Below, in pieces: positions 1 through 8,436 of a stretch of DNA of 43,878 bases. The notes beneath the pieces were generated by a model. That model was not told the DNA's origin. It made no database searches and worked only from the letters and a program-made list of their open reading frames with translations. The DNA comes from an uncultured Aequorivita sp. (GTDB lineage Bacteria > Bacteroidota > Bacteroidia > Flavobacteriales > Flavobacteriaceae): positions 1 through 43,878 of the forward strand of contig CAZMDY010000001.1 in the NCBI GenBank assembly GCA_964565295.1, in the 5' to 3' direction. The position numbers and the translations under genes were made by a program. The stretch's first letter is position 1; each line of letters starts with the position of its first letter.

Positions 1-1
1 A

Positions 2-1147
2 GTGATGCTTTATGAAGCCAATGAGAATTACAGCGATTCTTTGATCTATTCCAAAAAACCAACGTATGTAACGGTTACAAAAGACAGTACGGGATACTTT
101 GAACTTACAAACCTAAAAGAAGGAAAATATGTGCTTTTGGCACTGAACGAAAAAAGCAGCGATTACACCTTTCAACCCAGACATGATAAAATCGGATTCG
201 TTGAGGCAGTGGTTTCTGTGCCAACCGATTCCGTATTTACCCTGACTCTTTTCAAAGAAACCTTGCCGTATAAACTATCCAGACCATCCCAAGTGGGCAA
301 AAACCATATCATTTTTGGCTACGAAGGCGATGCCGATGAACTTCAGATTGAAACGCTCACTTCGGTGCCCGCGGATTTTGTTTCCACAGTGATTAAGGAC
401 GAAACAAAAGATAGCTTACACTACTGGTTTAAACCATCGATTGATATGGATTCCCTTGTCTTTAAGGTTTCAAACAAAGAATTGGTCGATACAGCGGTGG
501 TCCGCATGCGCGAACTTTTCCGTGATTCCCTGACCGTTTCTGCCATTCAAACTGGCACATTGAAAAACAAAGACACTTTCAAACTGAGGGCCACCACTCC
601 TTTGGTTTCTTTTGATGCCTCAAAATTCCAAATTATGGCGAAAGATTCCACCATAATAGAACCTACAATAAAATTGAATCCAAAATACAATTGGGCCGAG
701 GTTTATTTCCATAGAGAAGAAGATCAATCGTATTCAATCAATTTGTTTCCGCAGGCATTGACCGACTTTTTTGAAACCACGAACGACACGCTTCGATTCA
801 ACATTAACACCCAGAATTCAGCAGTCTATGGAACACTCCATCTCAGGTTGGAAAATGCATATCTTTTCCCTGTTATTGTGCAGTTGGTCAATGGAAAATA
901 TGAGGTGGTTGAAGAAGCGTATATTCGCGAAGCCCAGAACGCGAATTCGGATACAGTCCAAACATTTTTTGACGAGATTACCCCGGGCAAGTACTTTCTA
1001 CGAGTAATTTTTGATAAAAACGGAAACGGAAAATGGGATACCGGAATTTATCTTGATCGCAGAGATCCAGAACGAATTCTCTATTACCCCTCACCTATTG
1101 ATGTACGTGCAAATTGGAGCTTAAACGAAACGTTTATTTTAAATTAG
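2..1147 (+). CDS. Ig-like domain-containing protein (Bacteroidota conserved), 5'-truncated by window edge
   Basis: Long ORF running off the left edge; beta-rich, with motifs GYFELTNLKEGKYVLLAL and PGKYFLRVIFDKNGNGKWDTG...PE typical of this family. Confidence 0.7.
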   Translation: MMLYEANENYSDSLIYSKKPTYVTVTKDSTGYFELTNLKEGKYVLLALNEKSSDYTFQPRHDKIGFVEAVVSVPTDSVFTLTLFKETLPYKLSRPSQVGKNHIIFGYEGDADELQIETLTSVPADFVSTVIKDETKDSLHYWFKPSIDMDSLVFKVSNKELVDTAVVRMRELFRDSLTVSAIQTGTLKNKDTFKLRATTPLVSFDASKFQIMAKDSTIIEPTIKLNPKYNWAEVYFHREEDQSYSINLFPQALTDFFETTNDTLRFNINTQNSAVYGTLHLRLENAYLFPVIVQLVNGKYEVVEEAYIREAQNANSDTVQTFFDEITPGKYFLRVIFDKNGNGKWDTGIYLDRRDPERILYYPSPIDVRANWSLNETFILN

Positions 1148-1169
1148 ACCAAGGATCAACCTCAGCAAT

Positions 1170-1946
1170 TTACAGAATACGGAAAGTATCCCGATCCATT
1201 AAAAACTGGTATTGCTTCCGGTTTTTTTGGATATGTTCTTTTTCCAGAACGACTGTTTCTGTGAATTCACCAAAACCCGAAGACGAAACCTTCCCTCCCA
1301 AAACATCGTAAACTGCAGAATGCCCAATATATTCATAGTCATTCCCATCAACGCCAACACGGTTTACCCCGACACAATAAGCCATGTTTTCTATTGCACG
1401 AGCTCGTAGCAAGGTTTCCCACGCGACCGTGCGTGTTTTGGGCCAATTGGCAACATACACCAAAACATCATAATCATCAGTGTTGCGAGACCAAACAGGA
1501 AAACGCAGATCATAGCAAATTAAAGGACAAATTCTCCATCCCATATAATCCACTAGGTGCCTTTCCGATCCTTCAGTATATATCTCGTTTTCCTTAGCGT
1601 AGGTAAAAGTGTGTTTTTTGTCATATTTTTTGAAACTTCCGTCTGGATAAACAAAAAATAAGCGATTGAAGAATTTATTGTTTTCCTGGACAATAAAACT
1701 TCCTACCATTGCTACATTCTTTTTTTGAGCGTGGGAAACCATCCATTGGAAGGTTTTCCCCTCCGAAGGTTCTGCATGTTTTGAAGCATTCATTGAAAAT
1801 CCGGTGGAGAACATTTCTGGCAGAACTATCAAATGGGTCTCCTCCTTTATATCATCAATTTTCTTCGAAAACATAGCACAGTTGGCCTCGGGATTTTCCC
1901 AGTAAAGATCGCTTTGAATAATGGTTATTTTTAAGCTGTTTTTCAA
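1170..1946 (-). CDS. Carbon-nitrogen hydrolase family amidohydrolase (omega-amidase YafV/Nit2-like)
   Basis: Catalytic E-K-C motifs LPEMFSTGF, YDKKH, ICYDLRFP, plus ANWP and RAIEN. Start uncertain (TTG 1946 or ATG 1976); the ORF-track ATG at 2066 lies inside the upstream terminator. Confidence 0.88.
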   Translation of the reverse strand: MKNSLKITIIQSDLYWENPEANCAMFSKKIDDIKEETHLIVLPEMFSTGFSMNASKHAEPSEGKTFQWMVSHAQKKNVAMVGSFIVQENNKFFNRLFFVYPDGSFKKYDKKHTFTYAKENEIYTEGSERHLVDYMGWRICPLICYDLRFPVWSRNTDDYDVLVYVANWPKTRTVAWETLLRARAIENMAYCVGVNRVGVDGNDYEYIGHSAVYDVLGGKVSSSGFGEFTETVVLEKEHIQKNRKQYQFLMDRDTFRIL

Positions 1947-2046
1947 AACAATTGATTTTAAGTTTTCACCAAACATCCGATTTGGGCCAAATGTTGTCGT
2001 GAATAAAATTACAGGATTTTCGTCAAAGAAAACAATTGAATTGACC

Positions 2047-2083
2047 AAAAATAAAAAACCATCCATGGCGAAGGACGGTTTTT
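2047..2083 (-). terminator. Intrinsic terminator after the anti-sigma/beta-barrel gene
   Basis: Minus strand reads AAAAACCGTCC-TTCGCCAT-GGATGGTTTTTTATTTTT: stem with one G-U pair followed by a U tract. Confidence 0.7.
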
Positions 2084-2125
2084 CACTGTTTGAAATACAT
2101 CAAACACGGTCAACTTAAAACTAAC

Positions 2126-3655
2126 CTAAAACTTAAAACTTAACCCACTATAAACCCCTAGGTAATAGGGTTTAAAGTTTACTGATGAATCGGTATAAGG
2201 GTTGAGCTGGTATTTCAACATAGGTTCTACATTAAACACAAACCTTTTCGACAATTTATAATCCAGCCCTAGCCCAATATTGGTTGAAAAACTAACATCT
2301 GATAGATTGTTCGCCGATCCCAATACACTACTGAAGCTATTGGATGTAACGGAAATTTCGTTATTTCCCAAAAACAACGTGCTGACACCGCCAATGATAT
2401 TTACGCCCAATCGCGTATTTATAACGGAATATTTAAGTTCCAAGGGCACTTCGTAATAATTGATGTTTTGGATTAATCTGGCATCTCCGCCCGTGGATTT
2501 TAAGGTAACCTGGCCGAACTCACCCGGAGCCGGAAAACCATTGATCAATGTGTTTCGATTAAAAACAGTGACCACCACATCCTTAGAACCGTAGTCCACG
2601 GACCCAAGCCCCATAGCCACTGGCCCAGTGCCAATCACAATGCCAGAAGTGCTGTAGCTCAAATCAACATTGTTAATCCCTGAACGTACACTGAGACGCT
2701 CGCCCAATGCATAGCTTACCTGTAATCCGTAACTCATGTTCACCTCCCCTTTTTGGGGATTGGCCGAAAAATCAGAATCTATCGAGGAACCGTTTCCAAA
2801 ACCGTTGTAATATACAGGTGCCACATTGGGCGCTATGTTCCAACGATGTTCTGGTTTTTGGTTTTCTTCCTCAAGAATATCATCATTCACACGCTCATTT
2901 TCAGCAATGGCATCAAGAAGAGATTTTTTGTTGTCATCTTTTTCCGTGATTTCAAGCCCAGCAATAGTCTTCAATGTTTTATCAGATTCATTCGCTTGGG
3001 CAATTTTTTGATTTGTATTTTTCACAACCTCTTCGTTTGGCTGTAAGATTTGCTTCGAAACCTCTTTTTCGCGATCCAAAGATTTTTCTTCGGCTACTGT
3101 TGGAATAACAGGCTTAGTAACTGCTATTCCCTTGTGATTGTATTTATTTTCTTGGTCTGAACCTCTATTCTTATCTCGGTTTCTTTCGGAAGAAGAAATA
3201 ACATCTTCATTATAGTAAGTGTAAGTAGGCAACCCATCCGATTTCACAATATCTTCAGTATTAGCTTTGGACTTTTTGGGATTTTCGGGTGAAGAATCTT
3301 CTCTCAAAGAGTGGTTCTCTATTGTTTCTTGTTCGGTGGCGAGCTGTGGTTCAGATTCCGAATGTTGATTCTTTTCATTTTCTTTCACTTCCTCTACCGG
3401 TTTTACAACCTCAATATCTGTAATGCTGTTTGGATATGGTTCCCCAGGACTAAACAGCAAATTCCCAACAGTAAAAAACACTGCCAATAACGCCGCAACT
3501 CCACCATATTTCATCCAAAGGGGAATTGGTTTACGCTTGCGTTTCTCCTTGTCCAGTGAGTTTTGAATATTGTCCCAAACCTCGGAAGAAGGTGTGGCTT
3601 CAAAACTCTGGAAGCTCTCTTTAAAAAGTTTGTCTATGTTCTTCTTGTTTTTCAT
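2126..3655 (-). CDS. Putative dual-membrane-spanning anti-sigma factor with C-terminal outer-membrane beta-barrel
   Basis: N-terminal IDKLFKESFQSFEATPSSEVWDNI segment, basic patch, one hydrophobic helix (about aa 45-68), about 200 aa E/K/N/S-rich linker, then amphipathic strands ending YSGLSFKF; directly follows an ECF sigma gene. Confidence 0.75.
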   Translation of the reverse strand: MKNKKNIDKLFKESFQSFEATPSSEVWDNIQNSLDKEKRKRKPIPLWMKYGGVAALLAVFFTVGNLLFSPGEPYPNSITDIEVVKPVEEVKENEKNQHSESEPQLATEQETIENHSLREDSSPENPKKSKANTEDIVKSDGLPTYTYYNEDVISSSERNRDKNRGSDQENKYNHKGIAVTKPVIPTVAEEKSLDREKEVSKQILQPNEEVVKNTNQKIAQANESDKTLKTIAGLEITEKDDNKKSLLDAIAENERVNDDILEEENQKPEHRWNIAPNVAPVYYNGFGNGSSIDSDFSANPQKGEVNMSYGLQVSYALGERLSVRSGINNVDLSYSTSGIVIGTGPVAMGLGSVDYGSKDVVVTVFNRNTLINGFPAPGEFGQVTLKSTGGDARLIQNINYYEVPLELKYSVINTRLGVNIIGGVSTLFLGNNEISVTSNSFSSVLGSANNLSDVSFSTNIGLGLDYKLSKRFVFNVEPMLKYQLNPYTDSSVNFKPYYLGVYSGLSFKF

Positions 3656-3662
3656 ATTGTCC

Positions 3663-3670
3663 CAAATTTA
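3663..3670 (-). promoter_or_regulatory. Bacteroidota housekeeping -7 box (TAAATTTG) just upstream of the anti-sigma ATG
   Basis: Exact TAnnTTTG match on the minus strand, 7 nt before the ATG at 3655. Confidence 0.4.
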
Positions 3671-3711
3671 CGATAGGGATCGGACATTATAAACTGTTGG
3701 TCTTTCGTATT

Positions 3712-4248
3712 TTAAGTGTTATTTTGACTGTTATACGCTTCAATTTTCTTTTTAAGGATGGCTCTCGCCCGGGCCAAGTTTGATTTGGATGTGCCATCAC
3801 TGATTCCCAGCATTTTTGCAATTTCTTTGTGCTGATAACTATCCATCACGTACATACTGAAAACCAAACGGTATCGATCTGGCAATTCTTGGATGATTTT
3901 TAGCAAGAACTGCAATGGAACTCCTTCATCTTCTACTTCTATATCTTCCTCGTCCTCAATCTCTTCCTCATTTACAAGATCAAAAGTGCGCTGCTTCCGA
4001 TATTTTTGGAGCACTGTATTGACCGTAATCCGTTTAATCCAACCTTCAAAAGAACCTTTCCCTTCAAACTGCCCGATCTTTTTAAAAATGGTCAGGAAAG
4101 CATCTTGCAAATTGTCTTCCGCCTCGGTGTAATTAGGCGAATATCTAAGGCAAATGGCAAAAAGGATTCCATTATACCTTTTATACAATTCTTCTTGTGC
4201 CTTTGCCTCCTGCCTTTTGCATTGTATGATGAGCTCGTCTAAAATCAA
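3712..4248 (-). CDS. ECF-type sigma-70 RNA polymerase sigma factor
   Basis: Region 2 (AEDNLQDAF, GSFEGWIKRITVN) and region 4 (LPDRYRLVFSMY...HKEIAKMLGISDGTSKSNLARAR); TTG start. Confidence 0.93.
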   Translation of the reverse strand: MILDELIIQCKRQEAKAQEELYKRYNGILFAICLRYSPNYTEAEDNLQDAFLTIFKKIGQFEGKGSFEGWIKRITVNTVLQKYRKQRTFDLVNEEEIEDEEDIEVEDEGVPLQFLLKIIQELPDRYRLVFSMYVMDSYQHKEIAKMLGISDGTSKSNLARARAILKKKIEAYNSQNNT

Positions 4249-4332
4249 TTGTAGTGCCTTGATTTATGGTCTTTGGGTTGTCCATTATTTTCTATAAGAG
4301 AAAAACCCTTTTGTTCAAGGTCCCACAAAATG

Positions 4333-4359
4333 TAGATGCCATAGAATCAAAAGGGTTGC
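4333..4359 (-). promoter_or_regulatory. Candidate ECF-sigma promoter (GCAACC-N15-CATCTA)
   Basis: AAC-containing -35-like and CATCTA -10-like elements at ECF-like spacing, about 85 nt upstream of the sigma start. Confidence 0.4.
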
Positions 4360-4377
4360 GTTTTATGGTCAAAAAAA

Positions 4378-5385
4378 TTAGTTGTTCAACGTTGCTATGG
4401 CATCCTTTATTTTTGTTTCAAGTTCCTCCATTAATTCTGGATTGTCCAGAAGCAACGATTTTACCGCATCACGTCCTTGGCCTAATTTTGTATCGTCATA
4501 ACTGAACCATGACCCAGCTTTTTTGATGATCTCAAAATCTACCCCGAGGTCGATGATTTCCCCTACTTTTGAAATTCCTTCCCCATACATTATATCGAAT
4601 TCCGCTTGTTTAAAAGGCGGCGCTACTTTGTTTTTTACAACTTTGACTCGGGTTTTGTTTCCGGTGGCGTTGCTGTTGGTGTCTTTAATTTGGGTAGAAC
4701 GTCGAATGTCCAAACGTACGGAGGCATAGAACTTCAGGGCATTTCCACCTGTTGTTGTTTCCGGATTTCCGAACATGACCCCAATTTTTTCACGCAACTG
4801 GTTAATAAAAATCACCGTACAATTTGTTTTGCTTATTGAACCTGTAAGTTTTCTCAAGGCCTGGCTCATCAACCTGGCGTGTAGCCCCATTTTGCTGTCG
4901 CCCATTTCGCCTTCGATTTCACTTTTTGGCGTCAAAGCAGCCACAGAATCTATAACTACTATGTCAACAGCACCGCTTCTGATCAAGTTGTCCGCAATTT
5001 CCAATGCCTGTTCGCCATTGTCCGGTTGAGAGATGATTAAGTTTTCTATATCTACGCCAAGTTTTTCTGCGTAAACGCGATCAAAAGCATGTTCTGCGTC
5101 AATAAAAGCTGCAATTCCACCTTTTTTCTGCGCCTCTGCCATTGCGTGCAGGGTCAAGGTGGTTTTTCCAGAAGATTCCGGTCCGTAAATTTCAATCACC
5201 CTTCCCCGAGGATATCCCCCTACCCCAAGTGCTACATCCAATCCCAAGGATCCTGTGGGGATTACATCCACGTCTTCCACAGCCCTGTCGCCCATTTTCA
5301 TCACGGTTCCTTTCCCATAGGTTTTATCCAATTTATCAAGTGTAAGCTTTAAAGCTTTCAATTTTGCGTCTTTTTCGGTACTCAT
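4378..5385 (-). CDS. recA: Recombinase RecA
   Basis: GPESSGKTT Walker [48 protein letters not shown]. Confidence 0.99.
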   Translation of the reverse strand: MSTEKDAKLKALKLTLDKLDKTYGKGTVMKMGDRAVEDVDVIPTGSLGLDVALGVGGYPRGRVIEIYGPESSGKTTLTLHAMAEAQKKGGIAAFIDAEHAFDRVYAEKLGVDIENLIISQPDNGEQALEIADNLIRSGAVDIVVIDSVAALTPKSEIEGEMGDSKMGLHARLMSQALRKLTGSISKTNCTVIFINQLREKIGVMFGNPETTTGGNALKFYASVRLDIRRSTQIKDTNSNATGNKTRVKVVKNKVAPPFKQAEFDIMYGEGISKVGEIIDLGVDFEIIKKAGSWFSYDDTKLGQGRDAVKSLLLDNPELMEELETKIKDAIATLNN

Positions 5386-5504
5386 TATCTGTGTTTTTAA
5401 TTCCTAAATATAAGTAGCTAAGGTACTGTTTCTTTGGTTTAGGCACAAAAGGAAAATTGAGATTATTCAGTTATTTCCTCCTGCCTTTTTTTGGCAGAAT
5501 TAAC

Positions 5505-5512
5505 TACTTTTG
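5505..5512 (+). promoter_or_regulatory. Bacteroidota -7 promoter box (TACTTTTG) upstream of trhO
   Basis: TAnnTTTG match 44 nt before the ATG. Confidence 0.5.
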
Positions 5513-5556
5513 CATTTCTTAAAAAATCAATTCTTTCACAGTAAAATACGTATAGC

Positions 5557-6588
5557 ATGCAACTGTACAATAAATTAAGTGCAAAGGAGAGGGAAGCACT
5601 TTTGGAGAAGGCCGGAGAGGAACGGCTTACCCTTTCTTTTTACAAGTATGCCAAAATTGGCAATCCGCATCTTTTTAGAAACCATCTTTTTGTCGCCTGG
5701 GATCAAATGGATGTCCTCGGCCGGATTTATGTGGCACACGAGGGCATTAACGCCCAGCTTTCCGTGCCAGCAAAACGATTCAAGGAATTCAAAGAATTTT
5801 TGGACGGCATTTATTTTCTGAAAGACGTTCGCCTAAACATTGCCATTGAGCACGATCTCAAATCATTTTTGAAATTGAAAATAAAAGTGCGCCCCAAAAT
5901 AGTAGCCGATGGACTGAACGATAAAACTTTTGATGTTACAAACAAAGGCATTCATGTGGACGCCATTCGTTTCAATGAACTTATAGAGGATTCGGACACC
6001 ATATTGGTAGATATGCGAAACCATTATGAAAGCGAAATCGGGCACTTTAAAAATGCGATTACGCCGAATGTCGATACCTTCCGAGATTCGTTGGACATTA
6101 TTGAGGAAAAATTAAAGGATTACAAAGAAGACAAAAAACTAGTGATGTATTGCACCGGAGGGATCCGATGTGAAAAGGCCAGTGCCTATTACAAACATAA
6201 AGGTTTCAAAAATGTTTTTCAATTGGAGGGAGGAATTATTGAATATGCCCGACAAGTAGACGACTTTGGCTTGGAAAATAAGTTTATGGGCAAAAATTTT
6301 GTCTTTGACCATCGCCGTGGTGAAAGGATCACAGAAGATATCATCAGTCAGTGCCATCAATGTGGAGCACCTTGCGATGCGCATGTAAATTGTGCAAATG
6401 AGGCCTGCCATTTGCTTTTTATCCAATGTGCAAGCTGTGCTGAAAAAATGGAAAATTGTTGCTCAGAAGAATGTATCGAAGTAATCCATCTTCCAGAAGA
6501 AGAACAAAAAAGACGCCGCCAAGGAATCCCGAACAGCAACAAAATTTTTAAAAAGGGAAGGTCTGAAAAGTTGAAGTTCAAAAGATAG
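5557..6588 (+). CDS. trhO: Rhodanese-related oxygen-dependent tRNA uridine(34) hydroxylase (YceA/TrhO)
   Basis: GRIYVAHEGINAQ, DMRNHYESEIGHF, MYCTGGIRCEKAS, Cys-rich C-terminal CHQCG...CANEAC. Confidence 0.92.
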   Translation: MQLYNKLSAKEREALLEKAGEERLTLSFYKYAKIGNPHLFRNHLFVAWDQMDVLGRIYVAHEGINAQLSVPAKRFKEFKEFLDGIYFLKDVRLNIAIEHDLKSFLKLKIKVRPKIVADGLNDKTFDVTNKGIHVDAIRFNELIEDSDTILVDMRNHYESEIGHFKNAITPNVDTFRDSLDIIEEKLKDYKEDKKLVMYCTGGIRCEKASAYYKHKGFKNVFQLEGGIIEYARQVDDFGLENKFMGKNFVFDHRRGERITEDIISQCHQCGAPCDAHVNCANEACHLLFIQCASCAEKMENCCSEECIEVIHLPEEEQKRRRQGIPNSNKIFKKGRSEKLKFKR

Positions 6589-6622
6589 GGCAATATCCAG
6601 CAGTATGGCGCTGTGTATCGAA

Positions 6623-6653
6623 ATTCATAATTCTGAATCCATAATTCTGAATT
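6623..6653. repeat. Short tandem repeat (two 14-nt units built from 7-mers)
   Basis: ATTCATAATTCTGA ATCCATAATTCTGA ATT. Confidence 0.6.
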
Positions 6654-6736
6654 ATTTATTGGTATCTTTACTGATTGAATTTATTGTTTAATCTTCGTGC
6701 CTTTTCAAATGGAAAAGGACTATATATAAAGAAAAT

Positions 6737-7951
6737 ATGGGCTGTAACAGTTGTGCATCAAGCACCGGCGGCCAGCCAAGAGGATGCAGGAACAATGGAA
6801 CCTGCGGAACCGATGGCTGTAATAAACTCACTGTATTTGACTGGCTTTCAAACATGCAACTTCCTGCAAGTGCTGAACCCTTCAACGCCTTTGAAATACG
6901 ATTTAAAAACGGAAGAAAAGAATTTTTTCAAAATCCAGAAAAACTTACCCTGAGTATTGGCGATATCGTTGCTACCGAAGCTTCTCCCGGCCACGACATT
7001 GGGATCATTACCCTTACCGGCGAATTGGTGCGCATTCAGATGAAAAAGAAACGGGTTCCGTTAAAACTTGAATCATTACCAAAAATATACCGAAAAGCTT
7101 CTCAAAAGGATATCGACGTTTGGCAGGCTTGCCGCGAACGTGAGAATGCCATTCAAAAGCGCTCCCGTGAAATAGCCATTCGTCTTGGGCTACAAATGAA
7201 AATCAGTGACGTCGAATTCCAAGGCGACGGATCCAAGATTATTTTTTACTATACCGCCGAAGAAAGAGTGGATTTCAGGGAGTTGATCAAAGAATTTGCA
7301 AGAACATTCAATACCCGAATTGAGATGAAACAAGTCGGATTTCGACAAGAAGCCGCGCGACTCGGAGGAATTGGAAGCTGTGGCCGTGAACTTTGCTGCT
7401 CTACATGGCTAACGGATTTCCGATCGGTAAATACTACTGCTGCCCGGTACCAACAACTGTCCTTGAACCCACAAAAACTTGCTGGGCAATGTGGAAAATT
7501 GAAATGTTGTCTTAATTATGAATTGGACACCTATTTGGAGGCGTTGGATTCCTTTCCAGATACAGAAACAAAACTCCACACCGAAAAAGGGACTGCCAGT
7601 TGTCAGAAAATTGATATTTTCAAAGGCAGGCTCTGGTATGTTTACGAAAAAGAAAGTATGGAGTGGCATGAACTATCGGCAGAAAATGCAAATGCAATTA
7701 TCGAGCAGAACAAAAATGGCAAAAAACCACGTTCTCTCGAAGAATATGCAATTGTAACCCCGACTTTAGAAAAATTGTCCTTCGACGATGTGGCCGTGCA
7801 AGACAGTCTTACCCGATTTGATCAACCCAAACGCAAGAGCAACAAACGACGGAACAAAAAGAAAAGTCAAAACAAAGCAAAAAGCGCTTCACCCACAGGC
7901 AATAGACCAAAAAAACAAACCCGAACCCGCAAGCCAAGAAAAAATGAATAG
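6737..7951 (+). CDS. ricT: PSP1-domain protein, RicT/YaaT family (predicted Fe-S)
   Basis: FYYTAEERVDFRELIK, GGIGSCGRELCCSTWL, KLAGQCGKLKCCLNYE; Cys-rich N-terminus; basic disordered tail. Confidence 0.88.
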   Translation: MGCNSCASSTGGQPRGCRNNGTCGTDGCNKLTVFDWLSNMQLPASAEPFNAFEIRFKNGRKEFFQNPEKLTLSIGDIVATEASPGHDIGIITLTGELVRIQMKKKRVPLKLESLPKIYRKASQKDIDVWQACRERENAIQKRSREIAIRLGLQMKISDVEFQGDGSKIIFYYTAEERVDFRELIKEFARTFNTRIEMKQVGFRQEAARLGGIGSCGRELCCSTWLTDFRSVNTTAARYQQLSLNPQKLAGQCGKLKCCLNYELDTYLEALDSFPDTETKLHTEKGTASCQKIDIFKGRLWYVYEKESMEWHELSAENANAIIEQNKNGKKPRSLEEYAIVTPTLEKLSFDDVAVQDSLTRFDQPKRKSNKRRNKKKSQNKAKSASPTGNRPKKQTRTRKPRKNE

Positions 7952-8432
7952 ACTTGTGTTCTTTATATTGGCAATGCCATTTTTCATCTCCTGTGAATCC
8001 AATACAGTTTTCAGTGAAACCAGATCTATGGATGGGTATTGGGGCCAAGACGAGGTAGTTGAATTCAATTTACCGGAATTGGACTCTCTCAAGAATTATA
8101 ATCTTTTCTTAAATATCCGAAACACCAACGATTATAAATACAACAATATTTTTTTGATCGTAGGGATCAATTTTCCCCACGGAAAAACCGTTACCGACAC
8201 TTTGGAATACCGAATGGCCAATCCAGATGGTTCGTGGATGGGTCACGGCGTTGGCAACGTAAAGGAAAACAAATTGTGGTACAAGGAGCGCGTGCGTTTC
8301 TTTGAAGACGGAACCTACAGCATTACGGTTGAACAAGCCATGCGCAATACCGGCGCTACGGAAGGCGTTAGAAGGCTTGAAGGCATTACGGATGTAGGTT
8401 TGAGCATTGAAGAGCTCCCAACAAGTGAATAA
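7944..8432 (+). CDS. gldH: Gliding motility lipoprotein GldH
   Basis: Signal peptide with lipobox FISC from ATG 7944; IRNTNDYKYNNIFLIV, DTLEYRMANPDGSWMG, EQAMR, GITDVGLSIE. Confidence 0.92.
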   Translation: MNRLVFFILAMPFFISCESNTVFSETRSMDGYWGQDEVVEFNLPELDSLKNYNLFLNIRNTNDYKYNNIFLIVGINFPHGKTVTDTLEYRMANPDGSWMGHGVGNVKENKLWYKERVRFFEDGTYSITVEQAMRNTGATEGVRRLEGITDVGLSIEELPTSE

Positions 8433-8436
8433 GAAT

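Noticed and set aside
7788-7943. N-terminal extensions in the ORF track (gldH here; likewise dsbD, gdh, pntAA, exonuclease, yeiH)
   Set aside because: Signal peptides, promoter boxes or family N-termini point to downstream starts.
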